Below, in pieces: positions 63,132-64,000 of a stretch of 64,000 nt of DNA. Positions within the stretch are counted from its first letter, which is position 1. The number at the start of each line of letters is the position of its first letter. The stretch is taken from positions 42,558 to 106,557 of IMG/VR virus record IMGVR_UViG_3300012662_000001; one strand, given 5' to 3'. A model generated the notes under the pieces. The model worked only from the letters and a program-made list of their open reading frames with translations. It was not told the DNA's origin and did no database searches. The stretch comes from a virus. The position numbers were made by a program, and so were the translations under genes.

Positions 63132-63202
63132 CGTGATGGGTAAGGAGGAAGTTCGAGACTTCTCACGGTTGCAAGTTTAACCAAGTTAAAAATGATTTCG
63201 TT

Positions 63203-63742
63203 ATGAACTACAAAAAGATTGACTATCTACTTCAGATGAAGCAGATACAGAGACTTCCAAATGTTCCTCACCACAGAAGTTACAATATTCTTGAGCACGG
63301 CTTTGTGGTCGGTATGCTCTTCAGGTGGTTTGCTTCCGCCTGTGATGTATCCTATGATATCAACGTGTGGGACAAGGTGCTTATGCACGACTATTTGGAA
63401 GCGTTCACAGGAGACCTGAACTTTGTTGTTAAGAATCTCACTGAAAAAACTTCAAGTGCGTGGGCTACGATAGAGAAGGAAGTCTGTGACCGTGACACCG
63501 CCCTGAACCACTATTCAGATGAAGCCATTAAGTCCGCTATGACAGAGGAGCAGCACACCCTCTTTAAGGCGTGTGACTATCTTGATTTGTGGATATTCTG
63601 CAAGCAGGAGGAAGCACTTGGCAACACCACGACTGGAAACAAGGCTGTTATAGACAACTGCAAGAGACTCATCTGTAATCTTTGTGGGCAGGACAGAAAA
63701 TGGCTTCCAATCTTTGATTTTATGGCTAAATACACAGCGTAA
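63203..63742 (+). CDS. HD-domain phosphohydrolase (YfbR-like 5'-deoxynucleotidase family)
   Basis: HHRSYNILEHGFVVG ... LMHDYLEAFTGD (the H...HD...D pattern). Confidence 0.7.
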   Translation: MNYKKIDYLLQMKQIQRLPNVPHHRSYNILEHGFVVGMLFRWFASACDVSYDINVWDKVLMHDYLEAFTGDLNFVVKNLTEKTSSAWATIEKEVCDRDTALNHYSDEAIKSAMTEEQHTLFKACDYLDLWIFCKQEEALGNTTTGNKAVIDNCKRLICNLCGQDRKWLPIFDFMAKYTA

Positions 63743-63744
63743 TT

Positions 63745-64000
63745 ATGGATGAGAGAATTCCAGTTGAAATATATGCTTTTGTCGGAGTGATAGGCTCTGG
63801 AAAGAGTTATCGGCTTGAACAGATGAAGAAGGAATATAGCGGTGACGGTCAGGTTGTTATCACCGCTGATTTCTCGGATGGCATACGTGAACTGGCACGG
63901 CAGTTGTTTGGATATGATGCTCACTTTGGTGATGTGAATTCTCAGGAATATCGTGACTGGAAAGAAAATATGGCTTGTGTGACCATTCATAATGGAGCGG
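63745..64000 (+). CDS. P-loop kinase, dNMP-kinase-like (3' end beyond the window)
   Basis: Hand translation gives MDERIPVEIYAFVGVIGSGKSYRLEQMKK.... There is no stop before the window end, so it is absent from the ORF track. Confidence 0.5.
   Translation, partial: MDERIPVEIYAFVGVIGSGKSYRLEQMKKEYSGDGQVVITADFSDGIRELARQLFGYDAHFGDVNSQEYRDWKENMACVTIHNGA

Noticed and set aside
1-64000. Integrase, excisionase or repressor genes indicating a classical temperate lifestyle
   Set aside because: No tyrosine- or serine-recombinase motifs were seen in any listed ORF. Lifestyle therefore remains open, and the episomal hypothesis rests only on the Rep/iteron module.

Overview
This window looks like about 64 kb of a large contractile-tailed dsDNA phage (Caudoviricetes); no cellular housekeeping genes or rRNA are present. 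A Bacteroidota host is inferred from TAnnTTTG (-7 type) promoter boxes recurring about 20-40 nt upstream of start codons and from the absence of Shine-Dalgarno sequences. Layout: (i) 1-4300, rightward early/accessory genes: anchored glucosaminidase, HU-like protein, PNKP-type HAD 3'-phosphatase. (ii) 4560-9450, leftward accessory cluster: papain-like C1 peptidase, small HExxH ORF, lipoprotein, secreted protein, C5 DNA methyltransferase, Rep-like initiator. (iii) 9450-10500, a roughly 1 kb non-coding hub with 22-bp iterons, a perfect 17-bp inverted repeat and a GC-rich structured segment ending in a tRNA T-arm-like motif. (iv) 10.5-50 kb, rightward morphogenesis module: two paralogous charged proteins, portal, MuF-like protein, Nudix-domain protein, prohead protease, scaffold, major capsid, three BACON-repeat proteins, sheath, tube, tape measure, M15-peptidase hub, baseplate and fibres, interrupted by a free-standing GIY-YIG endonuclease. 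(v) 50-58 kb: HNH protein, DnaQ-like exonuclease, a large terminase carrying two inteins, DnaB-like helicase, primase. (vi) 58-64 kb, nucleotide-metabolism cluster: a dUTPase split by a group I intron encoding an HNH endonuclease, a P-loop kinase, a 336-aa protein reminiscent of 5-hmdU hypermodification enzymes, a thymidylate-synthase-superfamily enzyme, an HD phosphohydrolase and a second kinase. The most interesting hypotheses are a thymidine-replacement or hypermodification pathway, a plasmid-style iteron replicon inside a virulent-looking phage, the dense load of selfish elements (2 inteins, 1 intron, 3 homing-type endonucleases) and a conserved leader/mini-uORF motif in front of replication genes. 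All functional calls rest on motifs read by eye from the translations. No database search was run.
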